Shown: in pieces, positions 25,701 to 36,538 of the stretch
How positions within the stretch are numbered: position 1 is the stretch's first letter
Layout: every line of letters starts with the position of its first letter
Assembly: GCA_000708835.1 (NCBI GenBank)
Contig: DF236974.1
Coordinates: 174,626-238,625, forward strand
Origin: Klebsormidium nitens
Taxonomy: Eukaryota > Plantae > Klebsormidiophyceae
Direction of reading: 5' to 3'
DNA length: 64,000 bases
Program-made: the position numbers and the translations under genes
Notes under the pieces: generated by a model
Seen by the model: the letters and a program-made list of their open reading frames with translations, nothing else
Told to the model about the DNA's origin: nothing
Database searches by the model: none

Positions 25701-28700
25701 GGTAAGGAACCAGACTCGAGCTTTCTCTATCTCAAGCTGCGAGCATATCAGGCTCGCTGCGCTGGTGTCAGCTCTTCTAGTCGTGTAAGGATCGACCGAT
25801 TCTCCAGTCCAGACGGACGCAACAATCAATGCGAGCAAGACATATGATACATGAGCTGTCATTTTTGACCGAATTCGAAAGCGCTTCGCTATTTGTGGTG
25901 CACATTCATTTACGCAATGCAGTCGTACGTTCGTAACGACCGCCCGTGAGCAGTATTTCACGATACATCCAGTATCAGATCCAACGTAGCTGGTTGGGCG
26001 CCGTTTGAGTTCCCACTCATTTGCGGTGCAGATCGACGAGGCGGTGCAGTTGGACGGCCGCAACCACGACGCGCTGTGCATGCGCGGGAGCCTGGAGCTG
26101 CAGCGCGGCGAGTGGGGGAAGGCCAAGGAGACGTTTAAGGCCATCCAGGCGGCCGAGAACAATGACGACACCTACTCGGCGCTTGCGCTGGTGAGCGGCA
26201 AACTCTGAGATCCTGAAAGCCTGAAGTTGCGAAATAGTCGAAGCAGCGACGTTACCCATGCGGCGCTCTCAGGGGCGAGGGGGCTTCTGAAATTGCGGGG
26301 CTAGAAAGATGCTTCGTGGCAGAAAACGCTTGTCTGGGCGCCTACCTTGAGTCTGGTAGACCTGTGAAAGATTTACAGTCTCCACGTTTCCTTCGGGTGC
26401 GGCCTGATGTTTTCGGTAGCTTCTGGACCGAATCAGACGCCCAAGATTGCTAACCGCAACCCCAAAGAGAAGCTCCTTCAAAGGCTCGGATTTCGAGGCG
26501 TCACTCGACCTTCGTTCATTGCACGCGAATCACTTGGGTCTTTGAGAATTTGAATGCGTCAAAAGAAAGTTCGAGCGCAAATCACAACGCCTTTGCAGGC
26601 CAACTGGTACCTGTATGCTGCGGAGCGGGATGAGAAGGACAAGGACCCCAAAATCGAGGCGGAGCTCCTTGGCAAGGCCAAGACCTCGTACCTCAAGGTA
26701 ACCCACTCCATTCTCCAGACATATATCAAAAGTCCGAGGCAGACACCGTCTGAGTGCAAGTGATCTTGATGGTAGACTCAAGGAAAATGCGCACCAGCTT
26801 CGAAAAACGTGCGCAGTTTGTCCCTGGTTTTGCAGTGGAAACACAGGCTTGGGACTGGTTCCTGTCCCATGTTTCTTGCGCCTCACTTGAAGCTCCGTCT
26901 ATCAACGTCTGACCTTTCTGAAAACTTGACGCACAACTTCCAAATTGGAGGCGTAACTTCCCCAACTTTCGATTTCTTGTGATTCGAGGAAGGATGTGTT
27001 CGCATATTTGCCCTCACGCACTTTGCACGAACCCGGACCCCTCAGTCAACAAGCTTTGACTCAGGGGTAGCCAAACAGTATTTTGTCAATTCATCAGGTG
27101 CCCACGTTCAGGACCTAACAATGTGGAAGCGCATGCCTCCAGACACCGAGGTTCAAATCATCCACTTATCTTTGAGTGAGATACGGAGCTTCAAACCTCG
27201 TCTCTTCGTTTTGCCAGATCCTGCAGCAGCAGCCGAGCAACACGTATCCGACTCGCACGCCTGTTTAGCACTACCAAGTCCACAAAATTTTACTAGGATT
27301 CAAATAAGTTGCTGTACTGAAAAGACCCTTCTGCGCCGGGCAGATCCTGCAGCAACAACCGAGCAACACGTACGCGGAGCACAGGGCGGGTTTTATAAGT
27401 CGCTCCAGACGAAACCTCCACGTACCATTTGCTTTAACTTCCACGAAGCCTCAACACGTCACTTAACACACTTTCCATTCCGTCCGCCAGATCCTGCAGG
27501 AGCCGCCGAGCAACACGTATGCCTGGCACGGGCGGGGGTTTTTTTAGGTTGCCAAACGCGCAAGCCTCCAATACCAGAGTCACGACATCCAATACGAATG
27601 TCAATTCACCTCTCATAAGAATACCTTGTTCCGTTTCTGCAGATTCTGCAGCAGCAGCCGAGCAACACGTACGCGGCACACGGGCTGGGGTGTGTGCTGG
27701 CGGAGCAGGGGCGGTTCGAGCAGGCGAAGGAGGTGTTCGACCAGGTGCGCGAGGCGGCGGCTGCTAACAGCACCTTCGAGATGCCGGACGTGTGGGTCAA
27801 CTCGGCGCACGTGCTGCTGGCGCAGGGACACTTCCAGAACGCCGTCAAGCTGGTGAGGGGATAGATCTGGAGGGGGATTTGGGGGACTTGTTTTCTTGGT
27901 GATCAAGGCCCATTTTGGGTCGATTCGGCAAAGTGCCTGCTCGCCGTCAAGCTGGTGAGGAGGTTTGGAGGAGGGTCGAGACAATTGTTTTCCTGGTGAC
28001 CAAGGCCTGAGACGCGTTTGAGAAATCGTTCTTCTCTCAGTCTTCCAGATCGGGGTCAAATCGGCAAAGGGCCTGCTGGCTTTAAAGGATTTCTAGAACG
28101 CCGTCAAGCTGGTGAGGAGATTCGGGGGGAAATGCGCAAGAATGAGGCTCAGGAGGCTTTACGTGATGTCAGTTTCATTGTGCTTCTCATGAGGGTGAAC
28201 TCGGGGCACGTCTTGCTAGCGCAGGGGCGCTTCCAGAACGCCGTCAAGCTGGTGAGGTAGTTTCTAGGGAGGGTCGATAGAGTACTTCTCTGATTCATAC
28301 GGGTCTGTGTCAGTCTCCTGCTTTCCTAAACCGGGTGGTTAAACCGGGTAGTTAAACCGGGTGGTTAAACCGGTTACACGTGCTGCTGGCGCGGGGATAC
28401 TTACAGAACGCCGGCATGCTGGTGAGCGCGTTTGAGGAGAGGGTTGTGATAACATTGTTCGGATGATCAAGAGCTGAGGCGAGTTGCGTGTTTGTGTTGT
28501 CGATTCAATGTGGGTATGGCTCAGCCTACGTTCCTGCTGGCGTCAGGACACTCAACGCAGTCAAGCTGTTGAGGCGGGCGGGAAAGAGAGATAGGACAAA
28601 TCTGAAGATGTCGTGATGTTGAGGAGTTTTGTCTCCTAAATTACGTGGAGTCTGAAGGTCAGGGTAAGGTTATATCTGATGCTTAAGAGAGGGAGTTTCC

Positions 28701-31700
28701 CAGAACTCCGTGGAGCTGGTGAGAAGGAGGTCAAAACCCTTGTCTTTTGAGAGTGTCTGAATTCAACATCGCTTACTTGCATTCTCAAGTCCCTCGAGCT
28801 TCTCGGGTAATACGTTTCTATGTTCAGCAGTTCTGCATTGATCCGAATGCGATCTGCAGGTGTAAGGTTGGCCTCTGAAAAGCAAAGCTCGTCCTGTATC
28901 CTCTTCTGTTCACGGTTTGGGTCGGAGCTTGGCAGCGCTTCCTTTCCTCGGTGACTGGGACCTGTTCACATTACCCTAGTTCCGTCACAGGTTCTGGACA
29001 ACTACGCGACCTGGCACCCCATAGAGAAGTCAAAGAGTTCGACGCGACATCATCGGCTCATGGATCCTCCGTCTTTGTCCACTGATACTTTGCTTAGGCC
29101 GTTTTCCTCCTGCAGTTTTTTCTTTTCTTTGCTTTTTTCCCCCTTTTTTTCTCTTTTCTTTTTTCTCTTTCTTTTTTTCTCTTTTCTTTTTTCCTTTTCT
29201 TTATTTCAGACCTCGGTCTATTCCTCCTCCATTTTTGTTTTCGTTTCTTCTTTTTGACCTCGGTCTTTTCCTCGTGCAGTACCAGCAGGCCCTAAAGCGG
29301 CAGTTCCACAACACCGACTCGTTCCTCATGCTGTGCATCGCAAGGGCGCACTACGATATGGAGGACCAGCAGGTACGCGCAGCGCTGGCGGTTGCTTTCC
29401 AGCTGAAAAAGGAGAAACTGAAATCGAGTGATGTGGTGAACGCTCTTTTGCATGCGGTGGGTGCCTCAGCACAGCTACCGGTTTGGCAGGGCGTCCAGCA
29501 GTCTCTTTTCGGTGAGGATTGCCGCGGTTATTCCGGCTATTTGCTCGGGGGAATGGTTTGGAAAGGCAGACCTTGCACATCATGAGGAGGCGGTGCATGG
29601 GCAAAACGTAGTCTTTCGGAAAGGCTCTTACGGGGTTTTCGCTTTACTTTTCCGGTCCAGCGTCGCCTTATCTTCAGGAGATTTGCATAGAGTAATTCAT
29701 GACCGGTACATACTTTCCGACCCTTTTTGAACCTTGAAAACCGGGGGGGCGGCAGCCCCCCCCGAGCCCCCCCGCTTTTCCCTCTTCGGGCTCTTGTTTC
29801 ATCGCATGTGAGGGATCGATAACTGGCAGACTAAAATCGATTATGAAAAGAGGGAAGAATTGCAAAATGGTTTGGTTTATGCAGGCGCTCCAGGAGTGCA
29901 AGCGCGTGCTGCTGCGCGCGATGCACCAGAGTCCGACCAACTACGCGCTGCGCTTCAACACGGCGGTCACCATGCAGAAGTTCGCCGTCACTGCGCTGCA
30001 AAAGAAGAAGCGGACGGCGGACGAGGTGAGGTCTCGGTGGGATACAGAGCCGCCTTCTCTTCCTCGCACCACCAAGAATCAGATATTTTGCAGGAATTTG
30101 GGACCTGGCTTTCGCCAGGTTTTGACGACCCTACAGAATCAGGTCTCTTAGGAAGGCTCCTGCATGTGGTCGACGCCAGGTCACGAAGTTTTCGACGGGT
30201 TCTATCCCCATGAGTAAGACTCTGACCGGTCTCTGAAAAAGCAACTTTGAGCTCCACTGCTTGGTGGCTTAATTTTCGTCCGCCAGCTACAGACGCCGAC
30301 CGGGGATCTATTGAGGCAGACGTTCAGTTACAGATGCCAACCACGGACTACTTCTGAAATTGAGGCAGGCATTTGGTACGACTGGAGCTTCTTTCGAGCA
30401 ACCTGCCAGTTAAAGTGAATTCTTAGTGTATCTTAGTCAGGCCGTTGCTGAGTGAGTTTAGTCTACGTAAGATGACAATAAAATCTAGCAGGTTGATCGG
30501 GAGAAGCTGTACTAGCCTACAACAAGTTACTCACGAGTGAAGGAAGACATCGCACGGAACATACATGGCTTCTCAGACGCCTAACGCTCATTGCGCAGGT
30601 GCGGAAAGCGGTGGCGGAGCTTAAGAGCGCTCTGCGGCTCTTCTCCCAACTGAACGCTTTGGGGGGCCACCTGACGCACGGCCTCGACCGCAAAAAGGTT
30701 GCGAGCCACATCGACTTTTGTAAGGTGAGCGCGTCACGCCGTCAGGAAAAAAGCACGAATCGCCGGTTTAGTAAAGAAGCTGGTGGTCCTGTTTTGTCGA
30801 CTCTCGGCGGACTGATGGGTTGTCCGGCATTCATCACGCTAAGACTTTACTTGTGGGCAGAGTTTGAAGGGCTCTTGGGCACTCGCTATGACTACTTTGG
30901 TTGGCTATGCTCTGTCAGGCCGAAGGGCTAAATCGTGTACTAAATTAAAGTCCCAAACGTGTCACAAACCCCTTCCTCGATGCAAGCGAGGTCCCCTTTC
31001 TCCACAATGGAACGTTCCCAAGCGAGGAATCTTATCTTCATGCTGTCAACCCATCACAAGCGAGAACTCATTCTTCATGCCCCCATCAGCGATCACCGGC
31101 AAGCCACCTAAGGGCCGTGCAAATTGCAAATCCTAGACTCAAGCATTCAACAAAACTCCGAGATTCTCAAAAGCTAAATTTCTTATTCTCATTCCGACCC
31201 CTGCCTGGACTCAAGCAGTCAACAATACTTGAGAAATTCTAGAAAGCTAGATTTCTGACTCTCATTCCGACCCCTGCGCAGGCGACGCTGGAGCGCGCGC
31301 GCGCCCATGTGGAGGCTGCAGAGCGAGAGGAGCAGCAGCTGCGCGTCAAAAAGGAGGCGCACGACCTGTACCTGCAGAAACAGGCCGAGGTCAAGAGGCT
31401 TGAGGAGGCGCGACGCGCAGAGGTGAGTTGGATAACTGAGGGTTTGAGGTCTCCGGTCTAAGGTTAGGTGTTGGGTTTGGACCTTAGGATTGATAGCTTA
31501 AGTCATGCGCGCCACGTAGAGGTGAGGTAAAGCCATGAGCTTTTGGGGTCTCCTGTCCGGGGTTTACGGTTAGGCTGTTGAGTTTGGAATCACGGTTCTG
31601 GACGGGTTGTGGCATCCGATGAAGAGTTTGAGGCTGAGCTTTAGGATAAAAAACCCATGGGTTTGAATTGGGTGTCTGGTCAAGCGGCTCGAGAGGCGTG

Positions 31701-34700
31701 CTGCAGGGGTGCGACGCCAACGTAACAGCATTTTGGGTCTCCGGTCCTGGTCTGGTGTTTATCAGAAGGGTTCCGGCATGGTTCTGGTCAAGCGGCTTGA
31801 GGAAGGAGCCCAACAGTTTAGGGCTGGTTGTATAATTGGCCTTAAGGGTTGAGCGTATGGTCAAGTCACCGAGCTTGTCGGAAATACTAGCCGCGTTGAG
31901 GAGGGGCCGGCTCGAGCTGGTCTCATCACAACCGGAATTCTCTTACCACTGGAAAAGCTACCATACCAGACAGACTTGAGGCGTTGCGATTGGAGTTCAG
32001 GTAGCCGGAAGCGCAGGATAGCCGTTGATTTTGTGAACCCAAGTTTTGAGGCCAATGTCAGCCTAAGTCAATTGAATATTGAAGCCTAATGGCTTTTACG
32101 TTTTTTAATGATATGCTCACGAGTCACTGCTGTTTTACCGAAAAAGTTACATACGTTGACACTTCAGAACGCGTGACGCCGGTCTTCTGTTTGTCGACCG
32201 CAGGAGGAGCGCAGCCGGCGCGAGAAGGCAATCAAGGAAGCGGAGGAGCACGAGGAGAAATTCCGAGCCCTAATGGTGAGATGCGACTTTGGTATCTTCC
32301 TTCACGAGGCTGCACTCCTCATCTGATCTGACCATCTATCTTCTTGTTCTCTCTTCTCGCATATATATACTTTCTCTTCGGTGAGTAGCGCCCTCTCTGG
32401 GCGACGTTTCGCGGCTGCACACTTCGTAGCGCACACGGATGGATACGAGGAATGACTGTGCAAAGCCCTTTTGCGGATTCAGTCCCCGGCGCTTCTTGTA
32501 AAGCTCTGGAACCTAGCGGTGACACTACGGCACTTAGTTTCTTATTTCCAACATACTTTGTCGCTGCGATGCGGCAAAAAGGGGAAAACTCATCGTTCCG
32601 CCTTTGAACAGCGGCCAAACAACCCCCAAACAATTGTGTGCTGGGTTTACGCTCGAGAAGATGCAAGAGTTATCATGGAACGACATAAAAGCGGAGAACA
32701 TGGCGAAAAGGGAAAGAACTGGGGACTCGAGGCGATGGGAATCTGTTACTCGCCGACCGCCGTTAACGGCCCCACTCCAACACGGAAGACAGAAGAGGCA
32801 GAATCGGGTCTATTTTTCTTAAAATGGCGCTACCCTGAAGAGGCGGTACTATTGAAAGAACGTTTTCGAATGTCGAAAAGAAGAGGCCGTAGCAGACGAC
32901 GTTTCGTTCTGTTGCAGGCCGAGGTCAGTCTCACGCGCCCCCACGTGCAATGTGGATGTTTTTTGTACTCCTTTCCCCTGGAGTTTTTCTGGGAGATAAG
33001 GCAAAAAAAGGCCGTACGCCCGCGAGAAAGGGAATGAATGAAGGAACTAGAGGCGGTACTACACGACCATTCTCATTATCTGCAGGCCGAGGTCAGGCCA
33101 AATCGGCCTAAGCAGCGTGGAAGAGGAAGGGATCCAGCACGGTCTCTTCTCTCTCAATAATATGAAAAAGTGGGGAGGTCGTACATATGTCTAAACGGTG
33201 AAGTGTCAGGAACTGGAGATGGGAATAAACCCCTTTGTTCTGATTTGCAGGCCGAGAAGCGAATCGGTTTGCACGCCGGCGTGGACGTTCAACACGTTGA
33301 ACACGGTCTTGTCTTTTGGTAAAACGAGTCGGCCTGAAAGCCGTAATACTTGCAAAAACTATGACCGAACGTCAGGAACTAGAGACCGTACTGAATGACA
33401 CTGTTCTCATTCTCAGGCCGAGGTCAGGCCGAACCGCCGCACGCCGACGTGGACGAGGAAGAGACCGACAACGGTTTCGCTCTCCTGGAAAACATGACTA
33501 ATATTCTTGAAAGGAAACGCTTAAACGTCCAGAACTAGAGACGGGAGTAAACAACCTCTCGTCCTTATTTGCAGGCCGAAGTCAGGCTGAAACGCCCGCA
33601 CGCCGACGTGGACGAGGAAGAGACCGACAACGGTTTCGCTCTCCTGGAAAACATGAATAATATTATCGATAAGGAAACGCTTAAACGTCCAGAACTAGAG
33701 ACGGGAGTAAACGGCCACTCGTCCTTTTTTTCAGGCCGAGGTCAGGCCGAACCGCCCGCACGCCGACGTGGACGAGGAAGAGGGGCCGGACGGCGAGCCG
33801 CGCGCGGGCAAAAAGGAGAAGCGGAAGCGGGAGAAGAAGGAGCGGAAGAAGAGCAAGAAGCGGCGGGGGGACGAGGAGCGGAGCGAGGGCGAGGGGGGCG
33901 CCAGCGACGAGGAGCCGGAGTACCGGAGCGAAGGGGAGGACGAAGAAGACGAGAGTGAGTGCTGCATTTCGCTAGGGGAGAAGCAAAATAAGTGAAAGGA
34001 AAATACTCGTTTATTTGTCCGATTTCAAAGGTGATAACGGGAAGCATAGCGAGCCGGAGTACCGGAGCGAAGGGGACGGCGAGGGAGAGGATGAGAGTGA
34101 GTGCCGCATTTCGTCAGCGGGGAAATGGGGAACAAACAAGCAAGAACAATAAACAAACAACAACAAAGTTTGAAAGAGAAGCCTAATCGGACGGATGGAC
34201 AACGTGTTTGTTAGATCTTTCGAGATTTGACAAACAATATGCTCCCTGATCCAACAAAAGCTGAATCGGGAGGCATGTTGAGGATTGTGCCTCTCAGCGG
34301 CCCCGAAGCCGGCAGCCCACCTGGCCGTCTCCCCCGATCATTATCGATATCACATGTCGCTTTCGCGACGACTAGGGAGCCAAGTTCGGGGGTTTGCAGA
34401 CGCCGAGAAGGCACTCGTGGGGCCGCTTCTCAGAACCTCTTACTCGCTGGCTCAAACAGCGGAGTCTGAACTAGAATCTACAAAGCCTCTTCCAGGTATC
34501 GGAAGGACTCGTTTCAGCCTCTCTCCTGACCCTCATGCTTTTCCTTGCAGGGCGAGACAGGGATTCCGGTTCCGACGCCGAGGAGCAGGAACGGAAGCGC
34601 CGGAAACAGGAAAAGAAGGAGCGGAAGCGGCAGCGGCGGCTGCAGCGGCAAAAGGACGAGGATGGAGAGGAAGAGAATGGAGCCGAACCGGCGGGAGCGG

Positions 34701-35216
34701 ATCTTGCAGAAGCGGAACCGGACCGGAATGAGTTGGAGGAGGAAGACGGGGACGAGGCGAAGCAGCCCGCTAGGACCAGGAGGCCGGGTAAGGGCCCACC
34801 ACTGATGTCATCATCCCAAAAGGGTCCTTTCTAACTTCGAAATGTTGTGGCAACGTGTTTCGGCTTGTATGTAAAGCACTCTCGACCGCTTTCCAATTCA
34901 GCGCTGGAAGAACGAACGCTGTGAAGTAATAGTGACCGCTTGCCTGCTTCTGTTCTGCCTGGTTATTGTGGGCTGAAGTCTGCGAAGGAGACCGTGAATC
35001 CATAGTCCGTTTATGCCCGCAGGGAGAAGGGTTCTCGACAACGACGAAGACGAGGAGGAAGAAGAGGAGGAAGAGCCTCCGGCGCCGGTCGAGGAAACGA
35101 ACGTGGCAAGTACCGCTCCCACAGAACCCATGGAGGAGGACGAAGACGAAGACGAAGGGGATGATGAGGCGGCGCGGCGAGCGCTCATTGGAGCAGATGA
35201 TAGTGACGAGGACTAG
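19781..35216 (+). CDS. CTR9: CTR9/VIP6/ELF8 TPR subunit of the PAF1 complex, intact copy, ~22 exons
   Basis: Begins MAAARSLYIPIRNSEEQVEVELDNLPEDDNDILEILKAEQAPLDLWLAIA|REYYKQGK, the typical CTR9 N-terminus. TPR exons include LRLGLGACHF, ALNHLANHYFFTGQHHLV, ESFYNVARSYHYKGEW, LLNNMGVLYF, YNLARVFE, NTYAAHGLGCVLAE and LRFNTAVTMQKFA. Acidic/basic C-terminal tail ends GADDSDED* at 35216. No lesion found in the exons traced. Confidence 0.95.
28328..28376. repeat. 13-bp tandem repeat (AAACCGGGTGGTT) x ~3.7 in a CTR9 intron
   Basis: AAACCGGGTGGTT AAACCGGGTAGTT AAACCGGGTGGTT AAACCGGTTA. Only one related unit at the matching site of copy 2 (about 51176-51190). Confidence 0.85.
29115..29260. repeat. T-rich low-complexity pyrimidine tract
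   Basis: About 145 bp almost entirely T/C, between two copies of the exon-15 acceptor region; absent from copy 2. Confidence 0.85.
32910..33780 (+). repeat. Degenerate ~160-bp tandem array, each unit ending in an acceptor plus the first ~45 nt of CTR9 exon 20
   Basis: CAG|GCCGAGGTCAGGCCGAACCG...GTGGACGAGGAAG-like words at about 32915, 33083, 33246, 33414 and 33571, and the real exon at 33735. Confidence 0.85.
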
Positions 35217-36538
35217 AATAGGTAGGTCTCTTCTCGTTGTTGGTCATACTGATGAGCAGTTCACAGTCGAGCAGCTTGCAGATGTGGGGGCGCAGTGAGG
35301 GACACACGGGACAGCTTAGCGGCCCTGAAAGGGGGTCATTGGGCGTTGCTGGATGTGCTTCTACAAAGGAAGCCGCTGTATGGTTTGGGATTGGTGGGAA
35401 GATTGACCCAGCCCAAAGGCTGACTCTCGTTCGTGTAAGCACTTGCAGCGATCATAGTGAATTGCGCATACAGAATGCTTCTGGCTCTGCCATTCGTATC
35501 GTTCTTGGCTTGCAGTATAGTTATCAAGCCAGCTATCGAGGTCGAGGATGAGGATAATAGAAGCATACGAACTGATGCCAGGACCCGATGAATTGCTTTC
35601 AACATGTCATCATACAACTTGAAACTGGTTAGTGCACGCAGAAGATCTTGCCGCCATGGACACGTAATCGAGCGTACGACATGATTCAGGTCTCTGCATG
35701 ATACTGATCCATGCAGTCTGATTTTGGCATGCATGCGACATGTCAACATGATCAAGCTAGTGCACATGGGAACCGTTTGCCGGCCAGGCCTGAATCAGTT
35801 GTGATGGTTCAGGTACGTCTTGCATGGCTCAGGCCGCCTATAGCTCTCATGCGACTCAGTGGCACTGAGAGCATGCGTAGTTAATGGATGCGATACGCTT
35901 TCAAGAGATCTCAAGGACCAAATTCGTTAATACGACAAGCTACGAAGTTATCTTGTCGCAGGCAGCATTGAACACGAGACCTCTCGAATTGGTGGGGAGG
36001 ACAAACGAGCGTACTTGGACTTGAAGCATGACCAACCGCAGGCGTTCCGAATCAGGATTGCTCGAGGTGGACAGATAGGAAGACTCTTGGGCTTGACAAT
36101 CCGACCACTTGGCTGCATGCAGATTCGCTTATCGTGGAGCTTGACATTCGGAAGGCCGTCAAGAGATTGTGCGCATTCCCACCATTCAAAGCTAGTGCAG
36201 AGGGACTGTAAGCATTTCTATTACCAAAGAGAAGCGGATGCGATATGCCTTGTACTGGGAGATGTCATATGAATGGTGCAGGTGTCGAAAGGAGGTGCCA
36301 ATCAAGCTCGAGAAAAACCACTTCTTACAGTGTCTGTTTTCATAATCGGCCACTGCCTTTTCAGAAACTTCCATCCGGTTTACAGGCGGCCTCCCCTTCA
36401 AATTATGCTTTTGTCAGTGAATACTGAAGACACTTGGCAACGTAGGGAGGCCCTCGAAGAAAGGACTGACAGAAAATGTACTTGGCTAAAGCGTCAGGTA
36501 GAACAAAGAGGTACCTAGTGCCGCTCGCACGGACAACG

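Noticed and set aside
29060-29257. Phe/Ser-rich ORF as a membrane peptide
   Set aside because: It is a translation of the T-rich low-complexity tract.
32910-33780. Repeat-spacer appearance resembling a CRISPR array (also 27205-28730)
   Set aside because: The repeats are copies of the host exon's ends, are degenerate and unevenly spaced, lie in introns of a eukaryotic gene, and no cas genes are present.
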